This document shows positions 63,686 through 64,000 of a DNA stretch of 64,000 bases, one piece after another. The translations under genes were made by a program, and so were the position numbers. Under the pieces are notes generated by a model. It searched no databases and was not told the DNA's origin. It was given only the letters and a program-made list of their open reading frames with translations. This DNA comes from Alphaproteobacteria bacterium. Its GTDB lineage: Bacteria; Pseudomonadota; Alphaproteobacteria; UBA7887. Location: positions 3,968,001 to 4,032,000 of the forward strand of contig CBDCGL010000011.1 of the NCBI GenBank assembly GCA_965216755.1, given 5' to 3'. Numbering within the stretch: position 1 is the stretch's first letter; each line of letters opens with the position of its first letter.

Positions 63686-64000
63686 GTGGACCAACGACAG
63701 GACGTGTTGGCGGAATTAGACGCGACAAATAAGGAACTGAGGCGGCAACTCGAAGAAACCAACCAAGCCATGTGGGCTCTTTATAAAGAGCTCGACGACA
63801 AGAATGCCGAACTGGAACGGTCGAATAACGAACTCGACCAGTTTGCCATGATTGCCAGCCACGATTTACAAGAACCTTTGCGCAAAGTGATTGCGTTCGG
63901 CGAACGGCTTGGCGCGGAGTATTCGGACGGCCTGGATGCGCGCGCCCACGACTACATCGAGCGCATGCAAAACGCCTCGCAGCGCATGGTTCACCTGATC
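63686..64000 (+). CDS. Histidine kinase, N-terminal part (partial)
   Basis: Not in the ORF track; translation ...LEETNQAMWALYKELDDKNAELERSNNELDQFAMIASHDLQEPLRK with an H-box. Confidence 0.9.
   Translation, partial: MDQRQDVLAELDATNKELRRQLEETNQAMWALYKELDDKNAELERSNNELDQFAMIASHDLQEPLRKVIAFGERLGAEYSDGLDARAHDYIERMQNASQRMVHLI

Overview
GC-rich chromosomal window, most likely from an alphaproteobacterium (inferred from dcw gene order, the long FtsZ linker and the SahR-metF-metH operon). The accessory left end (1-11 kb) holds an IS66 element that interrupts a probable lipoprotein gene. It also holds an orphan PetA-like Rieske gene whose two canonical His ligands are replaced (CTRLGC / CVCCAS), a decayed amidohydrolase, and a lipid-linked glycosylation cassette: GtrB, GtrA and an uncharacterised flavoprotein, flanked by two GT-C membrane transferases, one of them AftB-like. 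The middle carries a DASS transporter, MBL hydrolases, a FAD monooxygenase/DUF2783 pair, ettA, mlaAC, sahR-metF-metH, 5-oxoprolinase, a serine protease, a DprE1/DprE2-like pair, uup and rnpB. The right half is a complete dcw cluster (mraZ to lpxC) followed by fcl, gmhB, a methyltransferase, gmhA, apt, a nucleotide-sugar dehydrogenase, a MORN-repeat protein and the start of a histidine kinase. Best leads for new biology are the His-less Rieske protein and a possible furanose/arabinofuranose surface-glycosylation system. All calls come from motif reading by eye; no searches were run.
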